From Camelus dromedarius (taxonomy: Eukaryota): a DNA stretch of 64,000 nt. Positions 36,527 to 49,654 of the stretch are shown here, in pieces. A program made the translations under genes and the position numbers. Position 1 is the first letter of the stretch, and each line of letters opens with the position of its first letter. The stretch covers positions 95,294,001-95,358,000 of the forward strand of contig NC_087438.1 in assembly GCF_036321535.1 (NCBI RefSeq), read 5' to 3'. The notes beneath the pieces were generated by a model. The model did no database searches, had not been told where the DNA came from, and saw nothing but the letters and a program-made list of their open reading frames with translations.

Positions 36527-39500
36527 GCTTGGTGCTTTATTTTTGTAACATCACTAATTATTGATTGAATTTCTTTGATAGGTAGAGGCTTTTTTAGATT
36601 ATCTGTTTCTCCATGAGTGAGTTTTAGTAGTTTGTGTCTATCAAAGAATTAGTCTGTTTCATCTGAGTTTGCATAGTTTTGGGCATAGAGTTGCTCATAG
36701 TATTCTTTCAATGTCCATGAAATTTGTAGTGATGACCCCTCTTTCATATCTGCTGTTAGTTGTTTCTGTTTCTCTTTTTATTCCCCCTGGTTAGCCAAAT
36801 AATCCTTTTTCCCTTCCTCTGTACAATTTCATTGATTTCTGCTCTAATTTTTATGTGTTTTCTCCTTGCTCTAGGCTTGATTTATTATACTTTCTCTTTT
36901 TTTAAAGTGAAACTTTAGATAGATTAATTTTAGATCTTTTTCCTTTCGTTGTATGTATGTATATGCATTTAGTACTGTTTCCCTTTATATGCTGCTTTTT
37001 GCTGCATCTCACAAATTTTCATGTTACATTTTCATTTTCATTTAGTGCAGAAATTTTAAAATTTCCTTGTGATGCCTTCTTTGATACATTTATTTAGAAA
37101 CATGTTTAATCTCCATATTTTGGGATTATCCAGCTATCATTTTATTGTTGATTTCTAGTTTAATATCATTGTAGTCTGAAAACACACTTCGTATGATTTT
37201 TGTTCTTTTAAATTTGTTATGTTTTGTGATCCAGAATTTGGTCTACCTCGGTGAATGTTCCATGTGAGCTAATGAAAATATGTGTCTGCTAATATTGGAT
37301 GACGTTCTATTATTGCCAAATAGATACAGTTGATTGTTTTTTGATGGTACTATTTTTTTGTACTGTTTAGTTCATCTATATTCTTACCAATTTTTGCTTG
37401 GATCTGTCAACTGAAAAGGTTATTGAATTTCTGACTATAATAGTTGATTTGTCTATTTCTCCTTGTAGTTCTATCAGTTTTGGCCTCATGTATTTTGATC
37501 CTCTGTTCTCAAATGCATATACATTAAGGATTATGTCTTTTCAGAGAATTGGGTCCTTTATTATTATGTAATTACCCTCTATCCCTGCTACTGTTTATTG
37601 CTCTGAAATGTACTTTGTTTGCAATTAATATAGCTACTCCAGATTCTTTTTGAAATTAGTATTGGTATGGTATATCTTTCTCCAATTCTTTATTTTTAAC
37701 TTATCTGTGTCTTTATGTTTGAAGTAGGTTACTTATAGACAACATGTAGTTGGGTGTTGTTTTTAATCTGCTATGACAGTTTGTCTTTTAATTGATTTTC
37801 TGTCTTTTATGACAGCTTCTGTCTGTAATACTTAGACAATTTACATTTAAAGTGATTGTTGATCAAGTTAGATATTTACTATAGTTGTACCTGTTTTCAT
37901 TGTACTGCTTGTTTCTTTTACCTTACTTTTTTCCTGCCTTTTCTGATTACAACCAGAAATTGAGCATTGAGCATGTTATACACTTGCATTTTCTCTCATC
38001 ATATCAATGGTATTTCTTTTGAAAAAATGTTAGTGGTTTTCCTATGATTTTCAATATACATTTACAACTAATCTAAGTCCACCTTCAAATAAAACTATCC
38101 TGCTTCACAGATGGTGCAAATACTTTATAACAGAGTATTCCCAATCCATTCCTCCCATCCCTTATAGAAATGGTATCATTCATTTTAATTATCCATATGA
38201 TAGGTAATACATGGTTATTTTATTATCTGGGACAGTTAACTATGAGATCCATTTATAATAATTTCCATTAGAGGATTTAACAGATTAATTATAAATGTTT
38301 TAAATTTCCATTGCTAATTCTGAAATCTTGTATCATATTTGAGTGTAATTCTGATGCTTGCTTTGTTTCTTTAGACTGTTTTTTCTTGCCTTTTAGCATG
38401 ACTTGGAATTTTTGTTGAAAGGTGGACATGATATATTGAGTAATGGAAACTGAGGTATTTAGGCCTTTGGCGTGAGGTCTGATGTTAATCTGGCTATGAC
38501 TTAGGGTGTATTTAATATTTGATGTAGCTGCAGTTGCTAGGAGCTTCAGTTCCTCTCTGGTGTCTTCCTTTCTTCCCCCCTATTGTCATTGTGTTTCCCT
38601 AAGTACTCCTTAAATACAGCTCATGCCTTGCAGCTGTCCTAGTTGCCTTCCACCGTTATTACAGTGGAGCACTTTGGATGTGGTGGTAAGGCGCAGGGGG
38701 AAGAAAATCTTCGGTAATTTTATAGTTAGACCTCTCGTTAGTGGGCTGTGACCCTCACAAGTGTTTCTTAGCTTTACCTCCTATCTCTTTAGGTGAGACA
38801 GAAAGGCTACAGGGGATTGGGGTTGGGTAGTTGCACTTCTACCTTATGCCTTTGTGAGATAAGGTGCTGTTAAAGTTTTTTTTTCCCCCACTGGAGAGTA
38901 GCTCTTCGTTATAGAGAATACTCTGAATGCATTTCAGAGTGTACTTTTCTCCTCCCACTGCCAGAACCATGAGGTGTGTGTTTGTTTGTTTTTCTTTTTG
39001 GCTCTCTATCATGAGAACCTGGTGGGTACCTGAAGTTAAAACCCACAGAAGTGTAGCCCACCCAAGAATGCAGCCCCCAGGGGTTTCTTACTGTCAAGTT
39101 ACTCATATTGCACCTCCAGCAATTCATCAAAATTGCCCTTTAAGTATTCCCACCAGTTGATGGCCCCAAGGGCTTCTGCACTAGGGAAGCAGAATTCCCT
39201 GGATTCCTACAGAATCCTGGCTGTGGTTCTCTGTATTTTGGGGTGGTGGTTTGTCCTGCAACCTCCGTTATCTGATAAGTCCAAGGAAAGTTGCTGATTG
39301 TCAGTTTGTTCAGCTTGTTTTCTTATTGTTGTTGTAAGTAAGGGAGTGATGATTCCCAAGCTTTTTTAAAATGTTGGAGCTGAGACCAGAAAACTTAGGG
39401 AGAATGAGGCAAGGAAATGAATCACGAGGAAGATGCAGATGTATAATTTTCATTTTTAGTCTCATAAAGGATTTTCAGCTGTGTCCTACTTTGTCTCTCA

Positions 39501-39759
39501 TCAGATGAAGGAGGCTGTGAGCATACAGCCTAAGATGTTGATGTTCATCTGTAGAGATGGTTGGTCATGCATTCACTTAATTGGAGGCAACCAAAAATCA
39601 GAAAAGGCAGATTTCTTGGGCTTTCCTCAGATGTGGCATGAACTGCTCCTGATGTCTGTGCCATATTGTCTGGATGCTCAGCAGATGGCCCAAACCTGGG
39701 AAACATGCTGCTCTCATTTTAGCATTTGTCTTGTTTTTTTCTTTTATTAAGGCAAAATT

Positions 39760-42050
39760 TAATTAACTAATTGTTAATGTTTGTATGATTTGCTTAATCA
39801 TTCACTATATATAGACATACTTTTTTCTGAACTATTTGAGAGTTAACTGCAGACTACTTAGTGCTTCTATATATATCTCCTAAGAATAAGAATTCTTCTG
39901 AATAACTACAATAAAAAATCGTGCTCAGAAAATTTAATATAGATTCAGTATGATTATCTAATATCCAATTTATTTAAACTTTCCCCAGTTGTCCCTGAGA
40001 GATTATTTATTGTGATATTTTGATCCACTTTTCAATCAAAGATAATGATTTGATTTAATTGGCATAAGTCTTAAGTTTTCTTTGTTCTAGGATAGTCACC
40101 CCAACTTTTTTTCAGGAGTTCTTTTATGACATTAACAATTTTTAAGAAACCATAACATTTTTCTTTTTAGAGTGTCCCTAAGTTGGTATTTGTCTAATTG
40201 CTTTCTGATTACTTGATTCAGGTTAAACATCACAGGCAGGGATTTTACTCTGTTTATACTGTGTCCTTTTAGGAATCACTTCAGGGAACACAGGATCTCT
40301 GTTTTGTCCTCCGTTACATTTGATCACTTGTTTAAAGTGTATCTACCAGAGTTTTCTATTATAAAGGAATCTTTTTACATTTGTAACTAGTAAGTAATTT
40401 GTGGGGAGGCATTTTGAGATGCTGTGAACCTTTGGTTCCCCAGCAATCTTTTCCTCAGTAGTTTAAACATCATTGATATTTCCTGCCTGAATCAATTTTT
40501 ACTCTTCGGCTGTAGAATGGTGGTAATTTCTCTATTATTTCCTCTATATTTATTGCTTGGCATTCTTTTGTAAAATAGAGCTTCATTCCCCCTCTCTCTG
40601 TATTTTTTAATACTAGTAAATATGCATGTATATCTGTATATGTGCATATATGTTTGTATACATAGTGGGCATTAGAGGAATTTGAAGCCCAGCATCTACA
40701 GCTGTAAAGAATATCTGCGTGGACTCATGGGCCCCTTTTTATTAAGTGTAACATAATCCATTCCTGTTACTTTTCATTTTTATACCCAGTTATACTCTAA
40801 TCTGGCCCAGTGATTTCCTCTTAAAGCTGGCTGTGGAACCTTTTGACATGCTCCATTTAGTCTTTGAACAAAGTTCTTATTTTCCATCCCAGCGAGATAT
40901 TCCAGGTTTGTTTTGTTCTTTCTATTCAGAAGACCTAGAATCAGCCATTTCTCAAAAATCCCAGGTTCCTTTTAGTGGGAAATAGTGTTTAGAAATCCAA
41001 ATCTGGGCACTGTGTGTGCTCATTGCTACTGGGGTACCACTAGCCTCTTTCTGTGGACAAAGCCAGAACATATTTTTAAACTCATATTCATACTAATATC
41101 TTTAATTCAACTAAGTATCACAGAATTTTTCCTCTTTTCCTGAATTCCATATTTGTATCTCTCTTCTCTCATAGTGAGATCCAATATTGTATAAATAGGC
41201 ATAGTGATAATTTTGGTTCCCAGCATCAATATAGTTATTCATTTGCTCAGATCTATAGTACAGAAAATTAATAGTTCTAGAGTTGCTACATCAATACCAC
41301 TACCAATAACAAATCTCCTAAATAAGTTTAAGATTTCTTTGCTTGTTTTTTTGTTTTACTTTTTTTTCTTTGTCTTTAAATCTCAATGTAGGTAATTGGA
41401 GTAAAGTATTCAAAAGTTACTTGAACAAATCCTGTTTTTCTTTTGTGTGATTTGATATCTACATGAAATTAAGAGAAGACCATTTGTATGAGTTTATATA
41501 AAATTTTATCTTTTTTCCCCATCTTTGTCAATATGTTTTGATTGTACATGTAAAGCACTAACAGAATCAAAGCCAAAACTATGTGAAAAGATAAATTTGG
41601 AGGTGTCCCAGTTCATTCTCACTCTTGCAGCCTATTCCCACCCTTCCTCTCTGGTTTATTAATTAGGTAACTAATTTCATTAGTTTCTATTTTATTTAGC
41701 CTATAATCTTTTGCACATTGTTTCTTTTTACTTAAAGACACGTATCCTGAAGGTTGCTCTATTTTGGTTTATAAATATCCTCCTTATTTATTTTTTTACA
41801 GATGCATAGTACTTCATTCATTATGTGCATGTATGATAGTTTATTCCACGAAAATTCTAAGAATAGACATTTAGTTCACTTCCAAGTATTTGCTGTAACA
41901 AATAATGTCTCAGTGAATAACCTTGCTCACATGCTGTTTGTTTCTAATATTGATGAGTAGTAAATCTTCAGGGTAAATTCCTAGAAATGAGATTGCTGGG
42001 TCAAAGGGCTTGTCACTGTTTTTTCTTTTTTACTTGACATGAACACTTAG
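39760..42050 (-). mobile_element. Old L1MC4/L1ME-type 3' region
   Basis: 'ttttctgaactatttgagagttaactgcagac', 'agacctagaatcagccatttctcaaaaatcccagg', 'taaattcctagaaatgagattgctgggtcaaaggg'. Confidence 0.75.
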
Positions 42051-42904
42051 ACTCAATTTTACAAGCCACTTGTTATTTTTATTTTTATTTTTGTACTGTG
42101 GAGGTGTGGGGAATAATGTAAGAATATTTTGCTTATGTAAAATTATCAAAGCTGAGTCTATTGAGGAGATAAACTCTTAAGTGTAATAATAATTTAAAAG
42201 TTTTACTTAACTATTGTAGAACTACATGAAGAGGCAGGCCTAAAACTGGGGGTAATGAGGAAACTAGATTTATTCTCACTCTGGATCTCAAAACAAAGAG
42301 CTGGGGACTAGCTTGGTTGTCACACTGCCAACTCCATGAGTGCTAGTCATGTGGAATAGAAATGGAATAGTGTCCCCCAGGAGTTACGGTATGTGTCAGC
42401 CCTGGGTGCTTGGACTCCAGAGAGGGAGAGAGCTGTTTAGATGGTTGACATTGGGCACTAAAAAGAAGCGTATCACTAAGGAGTGGAGAAATCAGGAGCA
42501 TCTGGACAGCATCAACAACAAAATTGCTCTGTTTTGGAGGTATTGAGTGGATTCACCTCCATTAGGCTCACAGTTATTTAGCACATGCTGTATACAGCAT
42601 TTTGCAGGATGCTTGGAAAGCAGACACTCAGTGAGCATCTCCTACATGCCATAGACTGTTCTGCTTATTATTTCAGTTGGTGTTAACAAGTTTGTAGTGA
42701 GGTAATACTAATGTCCCCATTCAACAGATAGGGAACTGAGATTCTGGGTATTTTATGTATATTAGATCAACCTATTTCTTTTCGCAGTTCAGCTCCTTAC
42801 CAGCTGTGTAACCTTGGGTCATTCAGATAACCTGATACTCAGTCTTCTCATCTGTGAAAAGGGGAGGATAACAGGAAAATTGGCAACATAATGTAGAGCA
42901 GCCT

Positions 42905-43062
42905 TGTGCCATCACATCTGTATCACTTGGCAATATTTTAGAAATGCATATTCTTGGGTCCCTTGGAACCTTGGAACCAGAATCTTAGAGAGCAGATATA
43001 GCAATTTGTGTTTTCACGAGCCCTACAGGTGATTCTGAAGCTTTCTGATGTTGGAGAACCAG
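42905..43062. mobile_element. MER5-like hAT fragment between MIR pieces
   Basis: 'ttagaaatgcatattcttgggtccc...cagaatct...gcaatttgtgttttcacgagccctacaggtgattctga...ttggagaaccagtg'. Confidence 0.7.
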
Positions 43063-43064
43063 TG

Positions 43065-43290
43065 ATAGCGAGGTTAGGAGCATGGATTTTAGAGCCTGAC
43101 CCCACGTATTTGAGTCCTGGTAAGACTGCTTTTTAGCTGTGTGATATTGGTTACTTAATCTCTAGTTATTTAATCTGAGTTCACTCATTTAATGGGGAAA
43201 ATGGGGATAATAACAATAACTACCTTGTTGAGATTGTTATGAGGATTTAATGTACATAAAACACAACAGTGCCTGGCACATAGGGAGTGT
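43065..43290 (+). mobile_element. MIR SINE
   Basis: 'ggttaggagcatggattttagagcctgac...agctgtgtgatattgg...aatggggataataacaataactacc...cagtgcctggcacatag'. Confidence 0.88.
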
Positions 43291-43499
43291 AATAGTATTT
43301 TGTAGCTATTTGTTAACAGAATAGATAAAAATAAGGACTGCTGAGGGAATGTAGGTGATATGTGCAAATTGACACATAGTAAGTGCTCAACAAATGTCAA
43401 CAGTTATTATCGTCAGTAGCAATAATGTCATAGTAACTTGTTCTAAAGTTCCAGACCAGTAAGGGAAAACACTAGGACTGGAATGAGCTCTGTCCATTT

Positions 43500-43857
43500 T
43501 TTTTTTAATTTATTGAAGTATAACTGGTTTATAGTGTTGTGTTAGTTTCTGGTACACAGCGAAGTGATTCAGTTATTCATATATATGTCTAATATATATG
43601 ACATATTTATTGTTTCATTTTCTTTTCCATTGTGGTTTATTACAGGATATTGAATATAGTTCCCTGTGCTATACAGGAGGACCTCGCTGTTTATCTGTTT
43701 TTTGTAGTAGTTTGTTAGCTGCTGATCCCAAACTCCCAATTTATCCCTCCCTCACCCGCTTTCCATTTTGGTAATCATTTGTTTTCTATGTCTGTGAGTC
43801 TGTTCCTGTTTTGTAAATAAGTTCATTTGTATCATATTTTTAGATTCCGCATATAAG
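43500..43857 (-). mobile_element. 5'-truncated L1 3' end with exact 16-bp TSD
   Basis: Poly-T, then 'aatttattgaagtataactggtttatagtgttgtgttagtttctgg...tagattccgcatataag'; TGAGCTCTGTCCATTT at 43484-43499 and 43858-43873. Confidence 0.92.
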
Positions 43858-44210
43858 TGAGCTCTGTCCATTTCTAATGCCTGTACTCTCTCTGTACATT
43901 ACCCTGTATTCTACATTAACACAGTGTGTGCTTTCAAGGGGAGATGAACATAAAAAGTCCACACTAAGCAGGTGAACATCATGGCAGAGAGAAACCTAGG
44001 AACTATGGACAGATGCAGGCAGAGCCACAAGAAACTAAGAAACTCTGTATTGGCCTCAGAGGGAGGACATCGGTATTGGGGAACTGATGGAGGGAATAAG
44101 TTGATGACCTGCTGTGTAAGAACTGAAAGGGACACGTCATTTCAGCTGGAAACACTCAAAACATCGTTATTTTGAAATTGCCGAGCAAATTCAACGGCTG
44201 GTATTGCTGT

Positions 44211-44366
44211 NNNNNNNNNNNNNNNNNNNNNNNNNNNNNNNNNNNNNNNNNNNNNNNNNNNNNNNNNNNNNNNNNNNNNNNNNNNNNNNNNNNNNNNNNN
44301 NNNNNNNNNNNNNNNNNNNNNNNNNNNNNNNNNNNNNNNNNNNNNNNNNNNNNNNNNNNNNNNNNN
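44211..44366. other. N block (156 nt) in apparently unique sequence
   Basis: Run of N; flanks not recognisable as repeat. Confidence 0.99.
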
Positions 44367-44809
44367 GTCTGGTTTCCAGCGGATGGAAATTAGAGCTGGA
44401 TTTTACTCATTGCTCTGCCTTTGGGGCCAAAGCAGTTCATCTTTTCTGTGCCTCAGCTTGAGCTTTGTGTAGCCAGGCGTTGTGCCTGCCAGAGAATTCA
44501 GGCCTGTGTGTCCCCATTTCCTCTGTGCAAAAGGAGAGGGGTTGCAGGGGATTCAAGGATAAATATTGGTCTGATCTCCAACTACAGCCCCCACCTCTCT
44601 CTTCCCTCAGCTTGCGTTCGTCCTCCTAAAGCCCAGATGCCCTGCCTGGTCTTCAGGACAGACTCTGGGTACAGATGCACATTCCAGCTTCCTGCTGTCC
44701 CTTCACCTCCCTTCTAAAACTCCACCAAGATGTTCAGGCTGAGCTCCATGCACCCTTCTCTTTGCGGGATGCTGCAGTGAGACCAACATGAACAAGGTGC
44801 TGGAGGACC

Positions 44810-44960
44810 TATGTTTGAAAACTGGCTTTGCCACATATAAACTATATAAACTGAGGCTTTTTCATTTCTCATCAATAAAATGGGGATTAAACACCTTTAC
44901 CATGAGGATTGAAAGTAATTCAGTGGTTGGCATGTAGTAAATATTCAAGGAGCAGTCGTC
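44810..44960 (+). mobile_element. MIR fragment followed by a (CAT)n tract
   Basis: 'tttcatttctcatcaataaaatggggattaaacacctttaccatgaggattgaaagtaat...tggcatgtagtaaatattc'. Confidence 0.7.
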
Positions 44961-45739
44961 ATCACCATCATCATCATCCAGCCACTTCCAACCATGCTCA
45001 CATTTTCTTCTGCTCTGCCTGTGTACTTCTTAAGTTACTTTATGCAGTCTTCCCTTCAAATTCTGAGGTCAAGGACCTGAAGTTCTTTGAAGCCCCTTTT
45101 ACTGCTCTCCCTCCCTAGTTCCCCCATGGCAGTCACCTTTTCCTGTTGACTGGAAGACTCACAGCAAATGAGCACCCTTGTTACTGGTGGAATTGGGGTT
45201 ATTGCAAGCAGCCAGTCTGGATGGTGGAGTGTAAAGTGGCCCTAATGGCGCAGCCCTTAAACAGAAAGAAAAATACTCCAGTTTGAATGTGGAACTTGAA
45301 GAGCCCTGCTGACTCTGGCAGTGCGAGAAACGCAGGTCTTAGGGCTGAGTGGTGCACCTCCAGCAGCTGGCTGTTACTTGAAGGTCTGGGAAGCTCAAGG
45401 GAAGTCCAGAGATTCAGAGGGGTGAGTGAATCTCACCTACATGTATGACTGGGCAGCAAGAAGCAGAGAGCCACGCGGGGGAAATCAGCCAGCAGGGAAT
45501 GGTGTGTCTTCAGTCCTCTGTCTGGCTTGGCAGATAGAAAGGGGAAAACCAGAGTGGGACCAGCAGCTGTGCACTGACTACCCTTGAGTTTCTTCCCGGC
45601 AGTGGACCACCTCATACCTCATGACTATCATTTTGCCTCTTTCTGACCAGGTGCCTGTTTCAAATGTGGCTGTGAGTTCCTTGGGACCTAGATCTCTGAT
45701 TTTTTAGATTCTGAAATTGGGTCCCTGCCCTGTGCCTCA

Positions 45740-45980
45740 CCACAATTGGGAAGCTACATGGAAATATGCAGAGTATGGTCTTTGGAATCAACCAAACCCA
45801 AATTTGAATTTGGGCTCCAATATCTACCAACCTAGTTACATTGAACAAGTTGCTTCATGTGTTGGCCTCAGTTTCTTATCCATAACGTGGACAAAATAAG
45901 GCTTTTCTTCCAGCTGTGAGGTCTCTTTGTTAAGGTACATGGAGCATTTTGCCCATTCAATGAATGGTACCTACTTGGTG
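45740..45980 (+). mobile_element. MIR SINE
   Basis: 'tctttggaatcaaccaaacccaaatttgaat...ttgaacaagttgcttcatgtgttggcctcagtttcttatccataa'. Confidence 0.75.
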
Positions 45981-48900
45981 CTCAGTCCCACTGGTGGCTC
46001 TGATAAGGTCTTGGCCTAGAAGATTCAGTGACTTGTTGAGGGGATGAAAAACTAACCCCAAATGACTAAGGCTCTTCTTTTTTTCAGCTAATTTAGTCTA
46101 ATAGACTTTAGCTAATTCAATCATTTCTCATTCACCAGTGGATAAATTGTCCTCATCATAGACTTAACCATGCAGTTAATACGGTTTTGAGAGAGATTGA
46201 TTAACAAAGCCTTAATTGAGGCTCAATAAATGAGATAAATCCAGAAGTCTATATGATCAACCAGTAGTCCAGAGATGACTACTGGCAGTATTTAGGTACT
46301 CAATTCCTTTCGCAGTATTTCAACAAATATTTACTCTGTGTCTACTTCATGTGTGCCAAGCCCAGGACTATCTCCTTTGTCACAGTTGGATATTAAGGGA
46401 ATGCCAACTCAGCCATAGTCGTCTGATTAGATTATAATTAGGGAAGATGGCCACTGTAGGGGGTCAGAGCTAGAGCAGGAAGTTGAAAGGCAAATCAAGA
46501 GATGGAGAAAAGCTGAGAAAGGGACCAGAAGGCAAGGCCAAGAAGCTACAAGGAGTCAACGAAAAGGTCCACACTAGAGGAAAATGTCTTCCACTAGAGG
46601 TGAGAAATGGAGCAGAGATGGAATAATAGGGATCCAGGAGCCATCAGGACCAACATCTGTGTATGTGGTGGGTGGCTGAAGGCTGGGGTTGGAAGATGGA
46701 AGAGTGAACACACTGACTTCTTTCATAGCCTGGCTGGGGAAAGGAATATTCGTGCATGTGTGGATGAGTCAGTGTGATTTATAGAGACCAAACAGCCCAC
46801 CAATTTGTTAGAATCAATATAAGATGCTACATTCTTGAGTCAAATAGGAGCCGTTAACTTTACAGTTGTGAGCCTATTTGTCCTTCGTTCTGAGAATGGG
46901 TGACTGCACAGACAAGCATGAATTTGTCTGTTTTCCTTGATTTTAATTGTAGTCTCAGCCCCGAGTCCACGTCATCTAAATTTACTGCACATTGTATTTT
47001 CTGAGCTTGTTCATCTCATGCACTTGCTCAGCTTGCCAGGGTTGGATCCCCGGGCACTGTCTATGTGCCTTTTCCAGTCTGCACGAAAGCATTGTACAGG
47101 CTGGAAGTAGTCTTGACTCAGTGTCCTCTTATTGTCAGATTCAAATCAGGCTTATCACCCTTTTCCTAATAAAAGTATTTACCAATCTTCACTCTCATTC
47201 TAGTACCTCTGTCCCCTCTGACAGCTATGGCTGAAAGCAGAGATGGAGCCAGAGACTCTGCATCATCCCTGGGCAGTTTTCAGCAGATTCTTGATCGCCC
47301 CTCTCCACCCTGGGCAAACACAGCACAGGCAAGGCATGTGTGAACTTTCCTGCATTTTCCTCCCTCTTCTGTAATCAGTTGATATTCTCCAGTTTCAGCG
47401 ATTGGGTGGATTTGCTCCAAGCATTAGCTAACAATGTGGCCTATTTCACCTACCCAGGATCTTTGTATCTCAGGTTCTTTGTCCTGTCTCAGAAGGGTGT
47501 GTGCTGTTTAAAGGAAATAATGTATTGTGTGATGTCTGCAGTTCTGGAAACCATGGTTCCAGAAAAGCTGTCAGTTTAGAGCAGTCCCAAAAAAGTTCCA
47601 TGGGGAAATAAAAGTCTTCTTCAGTAATGTGTCTCAGCATCAAATTGGCCCCTGAATAGGACCTCAATTTCTTCTGATATTTGACTTGGTATAGTTAGTC
47701 AGGAATGTGGGTGATCAGGGTTTATATCCCACCACTGAAACTCAGGGAGCATCCTGGCGGGACCCTAGGGAAAGGTTCAGAGGGCCTAGAGCTCTCTAAT
47801 CCTTCCAACTCTTTCTGAGTTTCTTTATGTAAAAGAGAATTTCACTTCTAGAATCGCATTTTAGAAACGCAGCCTAGAACAGAAAGCTTTTCTAATAGCA
47901 GATCAGTTTCCCAACTAGTCAGAGGTGAAAGAGAGATCATTAATTTGTGGGAAAATCAGCGTCATCCTTACCTAGCTTCAGCTCTGAAGGTACACAGCTC
48001 AGAAGCTTCTATCCCGGAACACATGTATGTTCCCATTGCAGATTTTAGGTATCATCCTTGGAGACCTTAGTGCCACCTGGTTAATATTCTATAAGGAGAA
48101 TGGACTAGCTCTTCTAAGTCACATATCATGAGAGCTTGAGGAATAGAAAAACTTGCAGCAGAATGCTTTCCTAGTGGTTCTAAGTAGTGGGTGGGCCTTT
48201 GGAATCCTGTGGCATACACCTTAACCTCTTTGCTTTGAGTTAGAGGGCCTTTCCTTGCCCAGAGCATGTGTTGACTTCTTTTGTTAGTTAATTATTTAAA
48301 TTGGCCCCATGACCCTTCCCTCTCAATGGCTGAAAACCACTCCTACATTCCTGTTTCTCACCTCATCTTAGAATACATTTTTATAACAAGTATGCTTGAA
48401 AGTAGGTTTTTGACATTTTCAAATATTAGAGTTTGGAGCCTTATTTTTTCTGTATCAAATGCACAATGGTGGAATAACCCTTGATTTCAAGAAGATTCAT
48501 TAAAAACTACCATCTTGATACATAATTGTCAAGAGTCAAAGTGGCCATGATTAGTCAAGCCTCACAATTAAAATCCTCTGATGAACTTTTGAAATAAAAT
48601 GCCATTATCGTCTAAAGCCTCAATCATCTATGATAATGAGGCTCTCAATTAATTCTTTTGTTCCTCACAAAAAGATTAATAATGATAGTTCATATTTTTT
48701 AAGTATCAACATCTGCAAGAGGCGCACCACAGAAGCCGTATGTAACTCATCTCTTCTAAGGGGAGCCAGAAACAGATTTAGGCATATATTTTATGGATAG
48801 CTAATATTTCCCTACCATAATTGTTCCTGCTAATTGTCTTTCTTAAATTGATTACATTTGCAATAAATTATTATCTTTATGATTATTGCTAGTTTCAGAA

Positions 48901-49654
48901 AAGTGTTCGAGAATAAACGGTGGTTAGTCTAAATGACCGTGCACCAAGTGAGTGTTTCAGATAAATGCCACGTTAAGTGGATAATTGCTGTGATCTGATC
49001 CTTACCTTTAGCAGCTACTTCTGGTTCAGCTGCTATTTTAGAAATCTTGAGCACCAGGCTCTACAATTATTAAGAATACATTTAAACCTATTGGATGTGT
49101 CCTTAAGTTTATGTGGAATATTGTACTGGACATTATCACAGCTTTTGCTTAGGTGGCCAATTGTGACCATAGTGATGGACTTTACTTCTTCCAGGGTAGT
49201 GATCCCTCATGAAAGCCAAGGACAGATTGATCCTTTGTTATCTACAGGACCCATGGCTAAAAATGGAATAGGCTAAGGCAATATTTGATCATCTCACTAT
49301 ACAAAGTCTTCCAATGTTCACAGTCCTCGCAATCAACAAGATCTTTCTTTATAATTTAAATTTTATTTTTCATGATGTTTTATTCTTGCTTGCAAAAGTA
49401 ATTAGAAACTAGGTGCTCAAGCTCTATTAGTCGTTGATAGGCCACTGAGAGAGAGAGTAGCTATTTATAGAGCAGTGAGATTCACCTACTGCATGCAGCC
49501 ACTTAAGTTTTTGTTGGGGGAGCAACTCATGATGTAATCAAGTTCAAATGAGGATATAAGCTAAATGTCTGGATCAACTTTAAGCAGCATGAGCCTGGGA
49601 TCCTAGTATTTCTCCCATTTTACTTTTGATCTCTAAAATGCCACCAGCACAGCA

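Larger units (their letters stand above)
32616..39390 (-). mobile_element. Long, decayed L1MC-type LINE-1 (3' UTR, ORF2, ORF1 and 5' regions)
   Basis: Poly-T, then 'aagtagacttt...gtcacaattaatgaactaatactgataca...caggacaccacgttacattta'; T-rich antisense ORF2 at 34500-38100; L1M 5'-type sequence at 38380-39390; no intact ORF. Confidence 0.85.
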
